From an uncultured Clostridia bacterium (GTDB lineage Bacteria; Bacillota; Clostridia; Christensenellales; DTU072), in the NCBI GenBank assembly GCA_944349735.1, contig CALVNM010000002.1, forward strand, positions 242 through 64,241: DNA of 64,000 bases, read 5' to 3'. A program made the position numbers and the translations under genes. Shown here piece after piece: positions 30,430 to 41,072 of the stretch (position 1 is its first letter; the number at the start of each line of letters is the position of its first letter). Under the pieces are notes generated by a model. The model did not search any database. It was not told the DNA's origin and worked only from the letters and a program-made list of their open reading frames with translations.

Positions 30430-33400
30430 TCAAGCCGCTATGTCCTGTTGCACCGGCGCCGCCTCCAGCAAAGTATAATATCTCTGCCAGTAGGAATGCT
30501 GACGGTATTGCGCGAGATTCGCCGCGGGGACATATATTGCCTGCATGGCGCTCAACGCAGATCCGGGATTTATTGCGCCGGGATCGGTCGACGTAAGCGT
30601 CACCGCAGAGACCGTAGTCCCGCTGAAAGCGTAGTCCGCTATCACGCGTACTCCCGAAGGAATGGTGTACTCGGTCGCAGTTCCCTTATAGAACAACAAC
30701 CTTCCGTTATAGATGTACGCGCCGTCGGTAAGACCGTTGTCGTTACTGAGAGCGTCGTACCAGGGTGTGCCTTCGAATGCGCCCTGTCCTACCGTCTCGA
30801 TACCTTCGGGGAAGGTAAACGACGTAAGCGACGTGCATCCCGCGAACGCGCCTGCGGGTATGCTTCTCACATAACTGCCGAGCGCGAAGGATACCGATGT
30901 GATAGAGGTATTTCCGGAGAATACCCCTCCGCCTATGCTCTGCACGGTAGTAGGTATCACTATGTCTCCGCCCGCGCCGCGGTAAGCAACGAGTTTGGTC
31001 CCCACTACTATCATTTCGCCCTGCGCGGCAAGCCACGGAGTGCCTTCGAACGCAGCGATCTCTAGATAATTGAGCGAAGCGGGCAACGTTACCGTAGCAA
31101 GCGAAGCGCAACCCGCGAACGCCTTGCCCGTGATGCTCTCGATACGCGTGCCCGTAGCGAATGCAAGCGATACTATATTCGTATTGCCGACGAAGACGTA
31201 ATCGTAGATATAAGTCACGTTGGCGGGAATGGTTATCTCGGGCGAAGTACCTTTATATCCGATGAGCTTGCCGTTGACCGCGATATACGAACTAGTCTGT
31301 CTCGTATACCAGTTGGTGCCGAGGAAAGCGTCCTTACCGATCTCAATATTGGTTCCCGGGAAGGTCACCGTATTCAGCGAAGTGCAATTCATGAAGGCTT
31401 CCGCGGGTATAGTGATAAGCGAAGTTCTCGCGTCAAATGTAAGCGATACTATATTCTTGTTGCCCGTGAACACGTTCTCGGCAAAAGAATTAACGTCGTT
31501 CGTGATCCTGATCGAAGTACCTTCCTCGAGATAAGCAAGCAGTTTTCCGTTGACAACGAGCAACGCCTGACCGTAACCGTCTGCCCATGCCGTATTGTAG
31601 AAAGCGCGGTAACCGACAGAGCGTATCTTATCGCTGAAAGTAATTTCCGCAAGATTTACGCAGTTGCGGAAAGCTTCCGCGTCGATCGAAAGCTCCGCGT
31701 CGATATTTTCGAAGGACAGCGACGTTATCGAAGCATTCCCCGTGAATACTCCTGCGGCTATACGGCTTACGCCTGCGGGTATGACTACCTCGCCGCCTTT
31801 GCCGGAATATGCACTCAGGACTCCGTTAATCACGGTCATTCCTGCCTCGGATGTCACGCCGTTAGCGTAAAGCGTGCCGGCGAATATGTCTCCCGACACG
31901 TCGACGTACTCTATTCCGTTGACTGTCTGCAGGAACGCGCAACCGTTGAACGCGCCGGTTTCGACCGTTACGGGAGCGGTGAACGTGATCTCGGTAAGGT
32001 GCGTATTGCCTTTGAAGACGTGGGCGGGTATATAGCTCACGTTTTCGGGGATAACTGCGGATGCCGGTCCGCTCTTAGCGGCTATAAGCAAAGCGCCGTC
32101 CCCTGCCGCAGCAAGCAGCAAGTCGTCGTCGGAGGCTTCGAATGCCGCGAGATAACCCGTGCCTGTGAACGCGCCGGAACCTACGTAAACCGTAGAGGGA
32201 GCGAAGATCACCGTAGTCAGCGAAGTCATACCGGAGAACGCACCTGCGGGTATTTCCGTTATCGAAGTGGCGCTCATATCAACAGACACGATACCGCTCT
32301 TTCCGCTGAACGCGCCCGCGTCGAGAGCCGTGATACCAGCGGGGAGCGTTACCGCCGAAGCGGAACCGTTATAGCGCACGAGTTTACCGCCGACCACGAC
32401 GAATTCCGCGGTCAGCGCGTTGAGATAAGGCGTGCCGCTGAACGCGTTGTCCCCTATAGTTTTGATCGCGCTTACCAGGGTAACGGTACTGAGCGAAGAG
32501 CAACCTTCGAAGGCTCCTGCCGGTATCTCGGTAAGTCTGGTATTCTCGGTAAATACGATACCTGTGATCGTGGTGACGCCGCGGAAAGCGTTGGGAGCGA
32601 TCTCCGTAACGTCGTAAGGTATCCTCACCATGCCGCCGTTACCCACGTATAATACGGCGCGTTTGATGCCGTTATATGCGTCTATATAATACAGTATATC
32701 GTTGGAATTTATCCAAGCCGTTCCGGTGAACGCAGTCTTATCGATATTCACGATATACTCAGAGAGCGTTATCGACGTAAGATTGGCACAGTCGCGGAAG
32801 GTATTGGCGTCAACGGTATCCATAAGGCAATAGCGGTCAAATGTAACGGAAGTGATGTCTTCGTTGCCGCGGAACACGTACGAATATATCTTCTCCGTTC
32901 CCGCAGGGATCACTATATCCGACGAGGCGCCTATATAAGCGATCAACGCTCCGCCCAGGACGACGTAGCCGTTCTCGTCTGCTACTGAAGCGAGCCACGG
33001 CGTATCGGCAAATGCGTTTTCGCCGTAAACGGTCACCGTTTCGGGCAACACAATATCGGTCAGCGCCGTGCATCCCATGAATGCTTCCGCAGGTATTTCG
33101 GTGATATTCGAAACATATTCTCCGAATATTATTCCCGTAATTGTCGTATTGCCGCGGAAAGCGTCTGCGGAAATGCCTTTGATATTCGAGCCGTAAATAT
33201 TGCCGATGCTGACTACGCCGCCCGCTCCGTTATACTTGATCACGAATCCGCCGAGAGTGACAAGTTCTTCAGAACGATCGTCGTACCACGCGGTACCGAC
33301 GAAAGCGCCGTTACCTATCCTCGAAATGCTGCTCGGAGGATCGACCGAAGTCACTCCGGACCAGCCGTATGCGTAATTATCGGTGATCTCGGTAGCGTAA

Positions 33401-36400
33401 TCGCTGAAACCGAGGCTCGTTATATTAGTAAGCGGCTCGCGTCCTCCGATGAGCGACGACAGCGAGCGGTTGCCGTCGGACACGAAGCGATAAACGCCTA
33501 TCGTCGAGAGCAGACCGTACATATCGTCGGCGGAAACAGTGGCTCCCGGCGCAAGTTCCACAGTCTCTATCCCGGGATCGCAGGTGAAGGTCTCGCCTTC
33601 TATAGCGAACGAAACCGGTTCGAGCGCGCCTGAGGTCACGGAGACCACGTCGGATTCTATGAGATAATATCCGTTGTCGCTCGAGATCTTCTGGTAAAGT
33701 ACGCCCTGTATCTCGGCGTCCGTACCTGCATTTATATGATCCGCGAGCCAACGCGTGTTATGGAAAGCGCCTCTGCCTATAGAAACGAGCGATGAAGGCA
33801 AAGTAAGCGATCTGAGATTTACGCATCCGTAGAAAGCTTCCTCGCATATCGTCGTCAAAAGGCTTCCGCTTGCAGACAAATTGAGAGAAACGAGGTACTC
33901 GTTATTCTTGAACGCGCCCGCGGAGATAACCTTCACTTCGGTAGGCAATATGACCGAAGGCGAAGTGCCGTAGTACTTGACCAGCGTCGCGCCTACGCTG
34001 TCTCCGCTGACGATAAGCATATCGTTTTCTGTTTTGAACGCGGTTCCCTCGAAGGCGTTATCGGCTATAAATCTCATCGAAGAAGGCAGCGTTATGCTGT
34101 TGAGAGATACGCAACCCGCGAATGCGTAATCGAGTATCTCGGTCGCTTTGCTCCCCGCTTCGAAGCGTATACGGGATACTTTAAGCGTGCTTGAGGTATC
34201 CCAATCGCCGGAATCGCCGGCATTTTCATTCCAGACCAATGTACTGAACGCACCGGTGTTTATAACTTTGACAGACGCGGGTATGACCACGGTTGCGGAC
34301 GAGCCTTTATATTTATAGAGCAATCCTCCGCCCAATATCACGAACTCTCCGGAGCCTGCGTACCACGCGGTATTCTCTAGAGAATTGGGACCAACCTGTT
34401 CAATGCTGTCTGGGAACGTCACCGAGGTTATGAGATCCCAGTTAACCAAGAGGTTCTTGACGGTGGAAGTAACTCCGTCTGACACTGTTACTCCTGTAAG
34501 AGTTTCGGGTCTTACCGAAGGAACGCCGAGCAATTCGTCCAAAGTTATGCTGCCGTCGTACTCTATCTCGATTACCTCTTTGTCACGGACGACCTGCCAT
34601 AAGGCTTCGCCCTGTTTCGCAGTGCCGTTCACGTCGTATAAGATCAGCTTATCGAGAGCGTGTATATTGTCGAACGTCTTTTCTTTGTCGAATACGGAAG
34701 TAAGGCTTATGCCGACCGTCTTGACCGTATGCAGGAATGCATTCGCGCCGATATTGGCGATATTGTACTCGGTGCCGTTCACGTTTATCGTAGCCTTCAC
34801 CGTCACGCCGTCGTAATCGGTGACCGCCGCGATATTGCCGTCAGCGTCATAGTTTTCGGTATACTTGCGGTAGAAATGCAAAGTACGCGTAGCGGTATCG
34901 AATATTATCTGTTCGAATACGCCTTCCGATATTTCTTTGACGGAGTTGACGATGGAGCCGTTTTCCTTGGGATTGTAACTCTGCCAGCCCTGGGCCTGGT
35001 AAGATGCGAGCGAACCAACGGGAATAAATATTTCCAACGTACCTCCGACGTTGAATACGGAATTGCCGAGCACCGGCGCCGTCGATCCCGCCATAAAGAC
35101 TTTCACCACGTTGACCGCGCCTGAGAAGGCGTTGTCGCCCAGCGCGACGACGCTTGCGGGTATATACACTACGGCGAGATCCGTAGCCGTGGCAAACGCG
35201 CCGCCGTTAACTCTCACTGTCTCTTCCGGGATATCCGCCACGGCGCCCAGTCCCTTATAATCGATAAGGTTACCGCCGAGAACGGTGATGAAATCGCCGT
35301 CGTAATCGTTCATCCACGCCGTTCCTCTGAACGCGTATGCGCCTACGGCGGCTTCGATGAATACGTATCCGGCGTCTGCGTCGTCCTTATTAGTATTCTC
35401 GAGAGGAACGAGTTGTGAATCGACTTCTACGTATATGTTTTCCACGTACGTCGCGTTATACAGGAATCTGTCGACTATCTTATTGTCGGAAGACCCCGTC
35501 TCGAATCCCGTGATCACCACGCTTACGATATTGGCGGGAAGCGCGTCCGCGGAGCCGAACAATTCTTCCACGCTGTTGTTCCCGTCCACTCGGATCTCGG
35601 TAAGCGAAGCGTTCGCTCCGACGAGCGCCTTGAGGCTGGAGGCTATGCCTACGCTTCCGCCGGCGCCGCCATTATAATATATGGTTAGAGAGACGAGCTT
35701 CGTAACGCCCGAGAACGCCTTTCCGAGATCTTCGCTCCCTATCGGCTTTAGTGCGGAATTGACCGTCAGAGAAGTCGTGGAACGCAGCAACGCGTAATCG
35801 GCTATCTGCGTTACGTTATAATGCCCTATCATCTCGGGTACGACGATAGTTCCGTCGTTATCGATCGATTTGATAAGCATCAGCCCGCCGAGAGAGGAAT
35901 CGGAATATATATATCCTGCCTCTTCATCTATAACTATGTTGGTTACCTGGACGGCAGTGGCTCCCGCTATCCAGTTGGTATACGCGCCGTGCGAATAAAC
36001 CTTGAGTATCGCTCCGGAAGTAAACGCGTTTACTCCGAGAGAAGGTCTCGACGAAGGCATTGCGACCACGGTTGCGAGTTTTGCGTCGTTGTAGAAGGCG
36101 TATGATCCTATATTCTCTACGTGCGCGGGAATGACGACGGCTTCGAGAGAAGCGCATTCGGCGAAAGCGTATTCGCCTACGGTCACGAGTTGCGAGCCGC
36201 TTCCCGCTATCAGAACGGTAATCGCGCTGTCGGCATAGAAAGCGTAAGGCGCTATCGTGACGACTTCGTCGGGCAGAGAGACTACGGCTTCGCCCGAACC
36301 GTTATATTTATAAAGGATACCCTGACCCACTATCACGAATGCGTCGCCGTGTCCGTTCAGCCACGGGGTATTCGTGAAGGCGTCGGAACCTACGGAAGTT

Positions 36401-39400
36401 ATACCGGTGGGCAATCCTTCCGCACCGAGATAACGGAAATCCATAAGAGATACGCAGCCGTTAAACGCGTTCGCGCCTATCGACGTCACGCTTCCGCCTT
36501 GGAAGTAAACGGCTTTGAGCGCCGTATCGTTACGGAAAGCGCCCGCGGAAACGGAACCGACCGATGCGCCGATACGCACTTCCGTGATATAGGGGTTATT
36601 GGCGTACGCGTTATCCGACATCGCACCGGTGAATTCGAGAACGAGTATCTTGAGATTGACCGGAGCGTTGCCGCCGAATATTTCCGCAAGAGAGAGATCC
36701 GCAGCGCCGAGCGTGAGCGTATTGAGCGTCGCGCTTGTGGCGAAAGCGTTATAGAGATCCTGCGAAGAAGCGGAAATGCCCGAAGCTCCGAGGATGAGAT
36801 TGCTTAGTGATGTCGCCGAAGAGAACGTGTATGCAGTTATGGTCACGCCGGCGGGCAACGTCACTTCCGTTACCGAAGCGCCGAATACGTAATCGGCTAT
36901 GCCCGATACAGCCATATTGCCGCCGCCTACCGTAATAACTGTCGGAACGACGACGGAAGTTTCATTGCCGATATACTGCCGGAGCACTGCTTTGCCGGCT
37001 ACCGATTCGTAAGTCCAGTTGCCGGAATCGTCGACGTTTGCGGAAGAGCAAAGTCTCGACGCAAGAGCAAGCCAGTTGGCTCCCGCCCCGGAAGCCGTAT
37101 ATGCGGTAACGTTGGGAACGTAAATGCGGAACGCGCTGTACGCTTCGTCGTTCCGTGTAAACACGTCGGCGCCGAGGTTACACGGAATAGTCCTGTCGAA
37201 TACCGCATAACGCAGGAAATTGCAGCCTGCGAAGGCGTTATCTCCTATCTCTATCACGGAAGCGGGAATACGCACGTAAGTGAACGACGCGCAGTTATAG
37301 AAAGCGCCCGCCCCTATCGTAGTGAGCGTTTCCGGGAAAGAAGTACCCTCTGAATACGTCATGGCTCCGTCGAGGAGCTTGCAACCCATGAACGCGCTGT
37401 TGCCTATAGCGGTAAGAGTGGAATTCGAGGGGAATTTCACGGTAGCAAGCGAGATGCATCCGTTGAAGCAGTTATCGGGTATAACGGATACTTTCTCGGG
37501 TATCTCTATGTGCTCCAGTTTAACTGCGTTTCTGAACGCGTTGGGTCCTATCTTGAGAATAGTAGACGGCAATACTATCCTGCGCACCGAGTCGTTATCC
37601 GCGAATGCGTCCGCGGCGATCTCCGTGACCGGCTTGCCGTTATAATAATTCGCTACCACGAACACGCCGTCGGCGGGAATGTCGCTCGCGTCGATACCCG
37701 AAGCGATGTACGCGTCTCCCGTACCGTTGAGCGTATACGTTATACCTACGGTCGTGGTCTGAATTTCCCATCTCGCGTACAATTCCGCGGGGGCGGTCGC
37801 GGGATTGCCGAATGCGAATTCGTATGAATAAGTCTCGTCTGTATACCAACCGAGGAAGACATATCCTTCCTTATCTTCCGATTCGGGCGCGTAGACGATC
37901 TCGCCGTAAGTATATACGCGAGTCTCGACGATCTCTTCGTCTCCGTCGAAAATTCCGGTATGATATACGAATTCGTACCTGCTTGCGGTAAATTCGGATT
38001 CGAACACGAGCTCGCTCTCGACTGCATAATACAATCCGCCCGCGAACGCTACAGTTCCTTCGGCGATTTCCTCAGGCGCAGCGCCCTCTTTTACGAGACG
38101 CCACCTGCCGTTATATTCTTCCAATCCGGACACGAGCCTTATCCAATCGCCGGATATAAGCGCACTTTCGAGTGAATCGGTATTCTCGGCATAATAGTAT
38201 CCGTCTAAAGTTACTATCAGCGCGCCGTCGAGAACGCACGTTCCTTCCGCGGCATCGGCGGCGAACAACTTCCACAGGCTCTTTCCGCCGTCGCCTATAC
38301 CGTATCCGAGCAACAGTTTGGTTCCCCCTCTCGCTATACGCCAGCCGACAAAGTCCTTACCTTGCTCGGAAGGCGCGGATACTATGGTATTCATGGGAAG
38401 GAAAGTGTAGTATTCGAGATACTGTTCGGTCGTGGTTCCCGTTCCGTTATAGACAGTCTGCGGATATACCTCGTTGGTCAGAGGGTTACGGAAACGTACG
38501 GGATACGTATTGGTCCTGAACGTGGGACGCAATGTGATGTCCTCGGTCACGACGTTCATATTCTTATCGCCGTCCACCACCCAACCGGTAAACGTATAGC
38601 CGATCTGAGCGGGCAGATCGTACAAGGACGACGGGAATACCGCGGCGGAACCGTGTTCGATAGAGGTGACGGTTATGGTCTCGCCGACAGCGTCCTTCCA
38701 GGTAGCGGAATACTTAGCTATCTCGTAGTTGGAACGGATATCCGTGTCTTCCGTTATTATGTAAGACGCAACGTCTACCTGCCAGGAAATAAATTTCCTT
38801 CCGTTGACCGGCTGTGCAGGTCTGGGAATGTCGGTGACCGTGGAACCGTATTCGACGTCGCGGGTAGCGAATACAGCGTCCGGGAAAAGGAATCTGACCG
38901 TGAATACTATGGGCGTGTACTTAGGGATCAGATTTATATTGCCGGTCACGGGAAGAGACCAGTCGTATGCGTCCGCCGCCGTCACGCCGCCGCTGTAAAT
39001 ATGCCATGCGCCGGTTTTGCCCGGTTGTTCCTCGATAGCGGGCGCGGACGCTTCGTCGAATATCTGACCGTTCTCGACCTCGAAAACGGCTACCGGCACG
39101 GTAGCTCCGGTCTCGGTCTCGTTAAGGAACGTCACCGTGTAAAGTCTCGTCCATTTGGCGTAGAGCGAAAGCACGACGCCGTCTCTCACCTCGTATCTGT
39201 CTAGGACCTGTTCGTTTATCTTCCATTCGTTGACGTATGCGCTGTCGGTATACCAACCCGCGAATTTGTATCCGCTGTAAACAGGCGTGTCGAGAATGAT
39301 GTAGCTGTCGAAACGCACGTTATCCACTATGCGCGAAGCGTTGGGATTATCGGGGTTATTGCCGTCGTACACTCTGATACTGTAAAGATTGGGTTCGAAT

Positions 39401-41028
39401 TCGGCGGTAACTTCGAGATCCCTTTCCACGTTGGTGAAATCGACGTTCCAGCCCGTGAAACCGTAACCGTTCCTTACGGGATCGGCGGCGGGAGGAGTCG
39501 CGTCCCCTCCGTACAACACTTTTTCCGTCTTAAGCTGAGTATGATCGTAATTATAGAAAATCACGGTGTACTCGTTGATCGTATATTCGCCGAATACGTC
39601 AAGATCGTTGGTTACCGCATTGAGCGCCGCATCGGCCACGTCCCATCTGCCCGTATATCCTTTGACCGCGGGAGTCACCGGTTTCTCCACGGTCGCGCCG
39701 CCGCGTACGTGATAGGTAGCGTAGACTTTGTATTCCGTATCGCCAATGATCACCGATTCGGTAATGGGTTCGTCCGTGACGATGTCCGCCGAAACCAGGA
39801 ACCTTACGTTAAAGAGCTTCGTCCATTTCGCATACAGCGTGGTATCTTTCTCTACTCTGTCGATATTGAATTTCCATTCGGTCGTGCATTCGGGCTGACG
39901 ATACCAGCCGCCGAATTCGTAACCTTCTCTGACAGGATCTGTTGCGGGAGCGCTCACCGGGTTATTGTAGGTGATGTCTTCTACAGTTGAGTAAACGCTG
40001 TCGTCAGCGCCTTCGGGCGTGTATTGGAGATCGAACGTCACGTCGTATTTGTTGGTAGCATAGACGGCGTTGATCTCGAGATTGCTCGTTACCGAATCGA
40101 AAGACTGATCCCACCCGATGAAATGGGTATTGTTGCTTAGCTCTTTAGGAAAATCGAACGCCGCGATCGCTTCCGCGTATTCGCTTGCGAAATCACACCC
40201 GTACGGCACATTTTCGAAGGAACTGATGAGCACGAGTCCCGAAACGTCGGGTTGTTTATAATAGAATCTGACCGTAAAAGTCTGCACAGAATATATTGCG
40301 TTCACCGTGACGTCGGTGCGGATATTAGTGAAAGTGGTTCTGTCCCATTTACCAGTCATACCTTCCACCGGCGGGACGACGGGCACGTCAGTAAGCGTCG
40401 CGCCTTCCTTAACGCTCTTGACCACCATTTCCTCTCCGTCGACGTAGAACGTTATGTAATACAGTTTCGACCACTTTGCATACAGAGTGGTGTCGGCGGT
40501 GATTATCTCGGTCGAAAAATTGAATTGGTTATTATAAGTGGCTTCCTTGTACCAGCCGTCGAAGGCGTATCCGTCTCTCACCGGAGCCTCGGGAGACGCC
40601 ACTTTGCCGTATTCGGGTACGGTCGCGCTCTCTACATCGCTTCCCTCTCCGGTCTCGAAAGTGACGGTATAACGTCTCATCGCAGCGTCTGCGGCTTTGA
40701 CGTCCACTGTAAAGGAAGTAGTCTGCCCTTTGTATTCGATGATAACTGCGAGATCGTCCTGAACTTTGGAAGTGCTGAAGTTAAGTATTCTGAGATCTTC
40801 GCGCACGTCGGTAGCGAAAACTATGTATTCTTTTCCGTCGGAACGCTTTACGTTGAGTTTGATACCGCTTATGTCGAGGTCTTCGCCGATAACGTATTCG
40901 GTCTTGTATTCGCTGTCCTCGGTGATGGCTATACCGACGACTTCGACCGCTACGCAGGAAGCGAGAGTGATTGCAGTCAGAACCAACAGGATAATTAAAA
41001 CCGAAACAAATCTTCTTTTAGCCATCAT
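30430..41028 (-). CDS. giant (~3530 aa) surface lipoprotein: Ig-like domain + ~12 Listeria-Bacteroides (Flg_new) repeats + long BspA-type LRR array
   Basis: A single uninterrupted ORF (track 30430..41061). I prefer ATG 41028/41025 (M-MAKRRFVSVLIILLVLTAITLASC, lipobox LASC) for two reasons. GAGGT precedes these codons, and the predicted promoter would leave only ~5 nt of leader for ATG 41061. I see no LPXTG, SLH or choline-binding motif at the C terminus. Confidence 0.93.
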   Translation of the reverse strand: MMAKRRFVSVLIILLVLTAITLASCVAVEVVGIAITEDSEYKTEYVIGEDLDISGIKLNVKRSDGKEYIVFATDVREDLRILNFSTSKVQDDLAVIIEYKGQTTSFTVDVKAADAAMRRYTVTFETGEGSDVESATVPEYGKVASPEAPVRDGYAFDGWYKEATYNNQFNFSTEIITADTTLYAKWSKLYYITFYVDGEEMVVKSVKEGATLTDVPVVPPVEGMTGKWDRTTFTNIRTDVTVNAIYSVQTFTVRFYYKQPDVSGLVLISSFENVPYGCDFASEYAEAIAAFDFPKELSNNTHFIGWDQSFDSVTSNLEINAVYATNKYDVTFDLQYTPEGADDSVYSTVEDITYNNPVSAPATDPVREGYEFGGWYRQPECTTEWKFNIDRVEKDTTLYAKWTKLFNVRFLVSADIVTDEPITESVIIGDTEYKVYATYHVRGGATVEKPVTPAVKGYTGRWDVADAALNAVTNDLDVFGEYTINEYTVIFYNYDHTQLKTEKVLYGGDATPPAADPVRNGYGFTGWNVDFTNVERDLEVTAEFEPNLYSIRVYDGNNPDNPNASRIVDNVRFDSYIILDTPVYSGYKFAGWYTDSAYVNEWKINEQVLDRYEVRDGVVLSLYAKWTRLYTVTFLNETETGATVPVAVFEVENGQIFDEASAPAIEEQPGKTGAWHIYSGGVTAADAYDWSLPVTGNINLIPKYTPIVFTVRFLFPDAVFATRDVEYGSTVTDIPRPAQPVNGRKFISWQVDVASYIITEDTDIRSNYEIAKYSATWKDAVGETITVTSIEHGSAAVFPSSLYDLPAQIGYTFTGWVVDGDKNMNVVTEDITLRPTFRTNTYPVRFRNPLTNEVYPQTVYNGTGTTTEQYLEYYTFLPMNTIVSAPSEQGKDFVGWRIARGGTKLLLGYGIGDGGKSLWKLFAADAAEGTCVLDGALIVTLDGYYYAENTDSLESALISGDWIRLVSGLEEYNGRWRLVKEGAAPEEIAEGTVAFAGGLYYAVESELVFESEFTASRYEFVYHTGIFDGDEEIVETRVYTYGEIVYAPESEDKEGYVFLGWYTDETYSYEFAFGNPATAPAELYARWEIQTTTVGITYTLNGTGDAYIASGIDASDIPADGVFVVANYYNGKPVTEIAADAFADNDSVRRIVLPSTILKIGPNAFRNAVKLEHIEIPEKVSVIPDNCFNGCISLATVKFPSNSTLTAIGNSAFMGCKLLDGAMTYSEGTSFPETLTTIGAGAFYNCASFTYVRIPASVIEIGDNAFAGCNFLRYAVFDRTIPCNLGADVFTRNDEAYSAFRIYVPNVTAYTASGAGANWLALASRLCSSANVDDSGNWTYESVAGKAVLRQYIGNETSVVVPTVITVGGGNMAVSGIADYVFGASVTEVTLPAGVTITAYTFSSATSLSNLILGASGISASSQDLYNAFATSATLNTLTLGAADLSLAEIFGGNAPVNLKILVLEFTGAMSDNAYANNPYITEVRIGASVGSVSAGAFRNDTALKAVYFQGGSVTSIGANAFNGCVSLMDFRYLGAEGLPTGITSVGSDAFTNTPWLNGHGDAFVIVGQGILYKYNGSGEAVVSLPDEVVTIAPYAFYADSAITVLIAGSGSQLVTVGEYAFAECASLEAVVIPAHVENIGSYAFYNDAKLATVVAMPSSRPSLGVNAFTSGAILKVYSHGAYTNWIAGATAVQVTNIVIDEEAGYIYSDSSLGGLMLIKSIDNDGTIVVPEMIGHYNVTQIADYALLRSTTSLTVNSALKPIGSEDLGKAFSGVTKLVSLTIYYNGGAGGSVGIASSLKALVGANASLTEIRVDGNNSVEELFGSADALPANIVSVVITGFETGSSDNKIVDRFLYNATYVENIYVEVDSQLVPLENTNKDDADAGYVFIEAAVGAYAFRGTAWMNDYDGDFITVLGGNLIDYKGLGAVADIPEETVRVNGGAFATATDLAVVYIPASVVALGDNAFSGAVNVVKVFMAGSTAPVLGNSVFNVGGTLEIFIPVGSLASYQAQGWQSYNPKENGSIVNSVKEISEGVFEQIIFDTATRTLHFYRKYTENYDADGNIAAVTDYDGVTVKATINVNGTEYNIANIGANAFLHTVKTVGISLTSVFDKEKTFDNIHALDKLILYDVNGTAKQGEALWQVVRDKEVIEIEYDGSITLDELLGVPSVRPETLTGVTVSDGVTSTVKNLLVNWDLITSVTFPDSIEQVGPNSLENTAWYAGSGEFVILGGGLLYKYKGSSATVVIPASVKVINTGAFSTLVWNENAGDSGDWDTSSTLKVSRIRFEAGSKATEILDYAFAGCVSLNSITLPSSMRFIADNAFEGTAFKTENDMLIVSGDSVGATLVKYYGTSPSVILPTEVKVISAGAFKNNEYLVSLNLSASGSLLTTICEEAFYGCVNLRSLTLPSSLVSIGRGAFHNTRWLADHINAGTDAEIQGVLYQKISSDNGYYLIESDVVSVTSGALEPVSFAIEGETFTCDPGIETVELAPGATVSADDMYGLLSTIGVYRFVSDGNRSLSSLIGGREPLTNITSLGFSDYATEITDNYAYGWSGVTSVDPPSSISRIGNGAFVGTAWYDDRSEELVTLGGFVIKYNGAGGVVSIGNIYGSNIKGISADAFRGNTTITGIIFGEYVSNITEIPAEAFMGCTALTDIVLPETVTVYGENAFADTPWLASVADENGYVVLGGALIAYIGASSDIVIPAGTEKIYSYVFRGNEDITSVTFDRYCLMDTVDANTFRDCANLTSITLSEYIVNIDKTAFTGTAWINSNDILYYIDAYNGIKRAVLYVGNGGMVRIPYDVTEIAPNAFRGVTTITGIVFTENTRLTEIPAGAFEGCSSLSTVTLVSAIKTIGDNAFSGTPYLNALTAEFVVVGGKLVRYNGSASAVTLPAGITALDAGAFSGKSGIVSVDMSATSITEIPAGAFSGMTSLTTVIFAPSTVYVGSGAFTGTGYLAAFEASDDDLLLAAAGDGALLIAAKSGPASAVIPENVSYIPAHVFKGNTHLTEITFTAPVTVETGAFNGCAFLQTVNGIEYVDVSGDIFAGTLYANGVTSEAGMTVINGVLSAYSGKGGEVVIPAGVSRIAAGVFTGNASITSLSFENIDAELSIDAEAFRNCVNLAEITFSDKIRSVGYRAFYNTAWADGYGQALLVVNGKLLAYLEEGTSIRITNDVNSFAENVFTGNKNIVSLTFDARTSLITIPAEAFMNCTSLNTVTFPGTNIEIGKDAFLGTNWYTRQTSSYIAVNGKLIGYKGTSPEITIPANVTYIYDYVFVGNTNIVSLAFATGTRIESITGKAFAGCASLATVTLPASLNYLEIAAFEGTPWLAAQGEMIVVGTKLVAYRGAGGDIVIPTTVQSIGGGVFSGNTSITSVSFALGSYVRSIPAGAFAGCTSLTSFTFPEGIETVGQGAFEGTPWYDALSNDNGLTDGAYIYNGRLLFYKGTATEYTIPSGVRVIADYAFSGTTVSAVTLTSTDPGAINPGSALSAMQAIYVPAANLAQYRQHSYWQRYYTLLEAAPVQQDIAA
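30560..37745 (-). repeat. BspA-type leucine-rich repeat (LRR_5-like) array, protein level, inside the giant CDS
   Basis: Dozens of units of the type (I/V)xIPxxVxxIGxxAFxxCxxLxx(V/I). Examples: VRRIVLPSTILKIGPNAFRNAVKLEHIEIPEKVSVIPDNCFNGCISLATVKFP and SFTFPEGIETVGQGAFEG. Begins just after ...ELYARWEIQTTTVGI (about 37745..37790). Confidence 0.85.
37790..40680 (-). repeat. Listeria-Bacteroides (Flg_new / InlB B-repeat type) repeat array, protein level, inside the giant CDS
   Basis: About 12 units by eye. Examples: GYAFDGWYKEATYNNQFNFSTEIITADTTLYAKW, GYEFGGWYRQPECTTEWKFNIDRVEKDTTLYAKW, GYGFTGWNVDFTNVERDLEVTAEF, GYVFLGWYTDETYSYEFAFGNPATAPAELYARW. Confidence 0.85.
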
Positions 41029-41072
41029 AATACCTCGAAGCGCGCGAATGCGCCGGCGCATAATATATAATA

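Noticed and set aside
30430-41061. Considered whether the giant LRR/B-repeat gene is a diversity-generating-retroelement target or a phase-variable contingency locus.
   Set aside because: The window contains no reverse transcriptase and no nearby template-repeat copy. There are no long homopolymer or simple-sequence tracts in the 5' region or promoter. The repeats are diverged (~30-45% identity), so recombinational switching is not evident.
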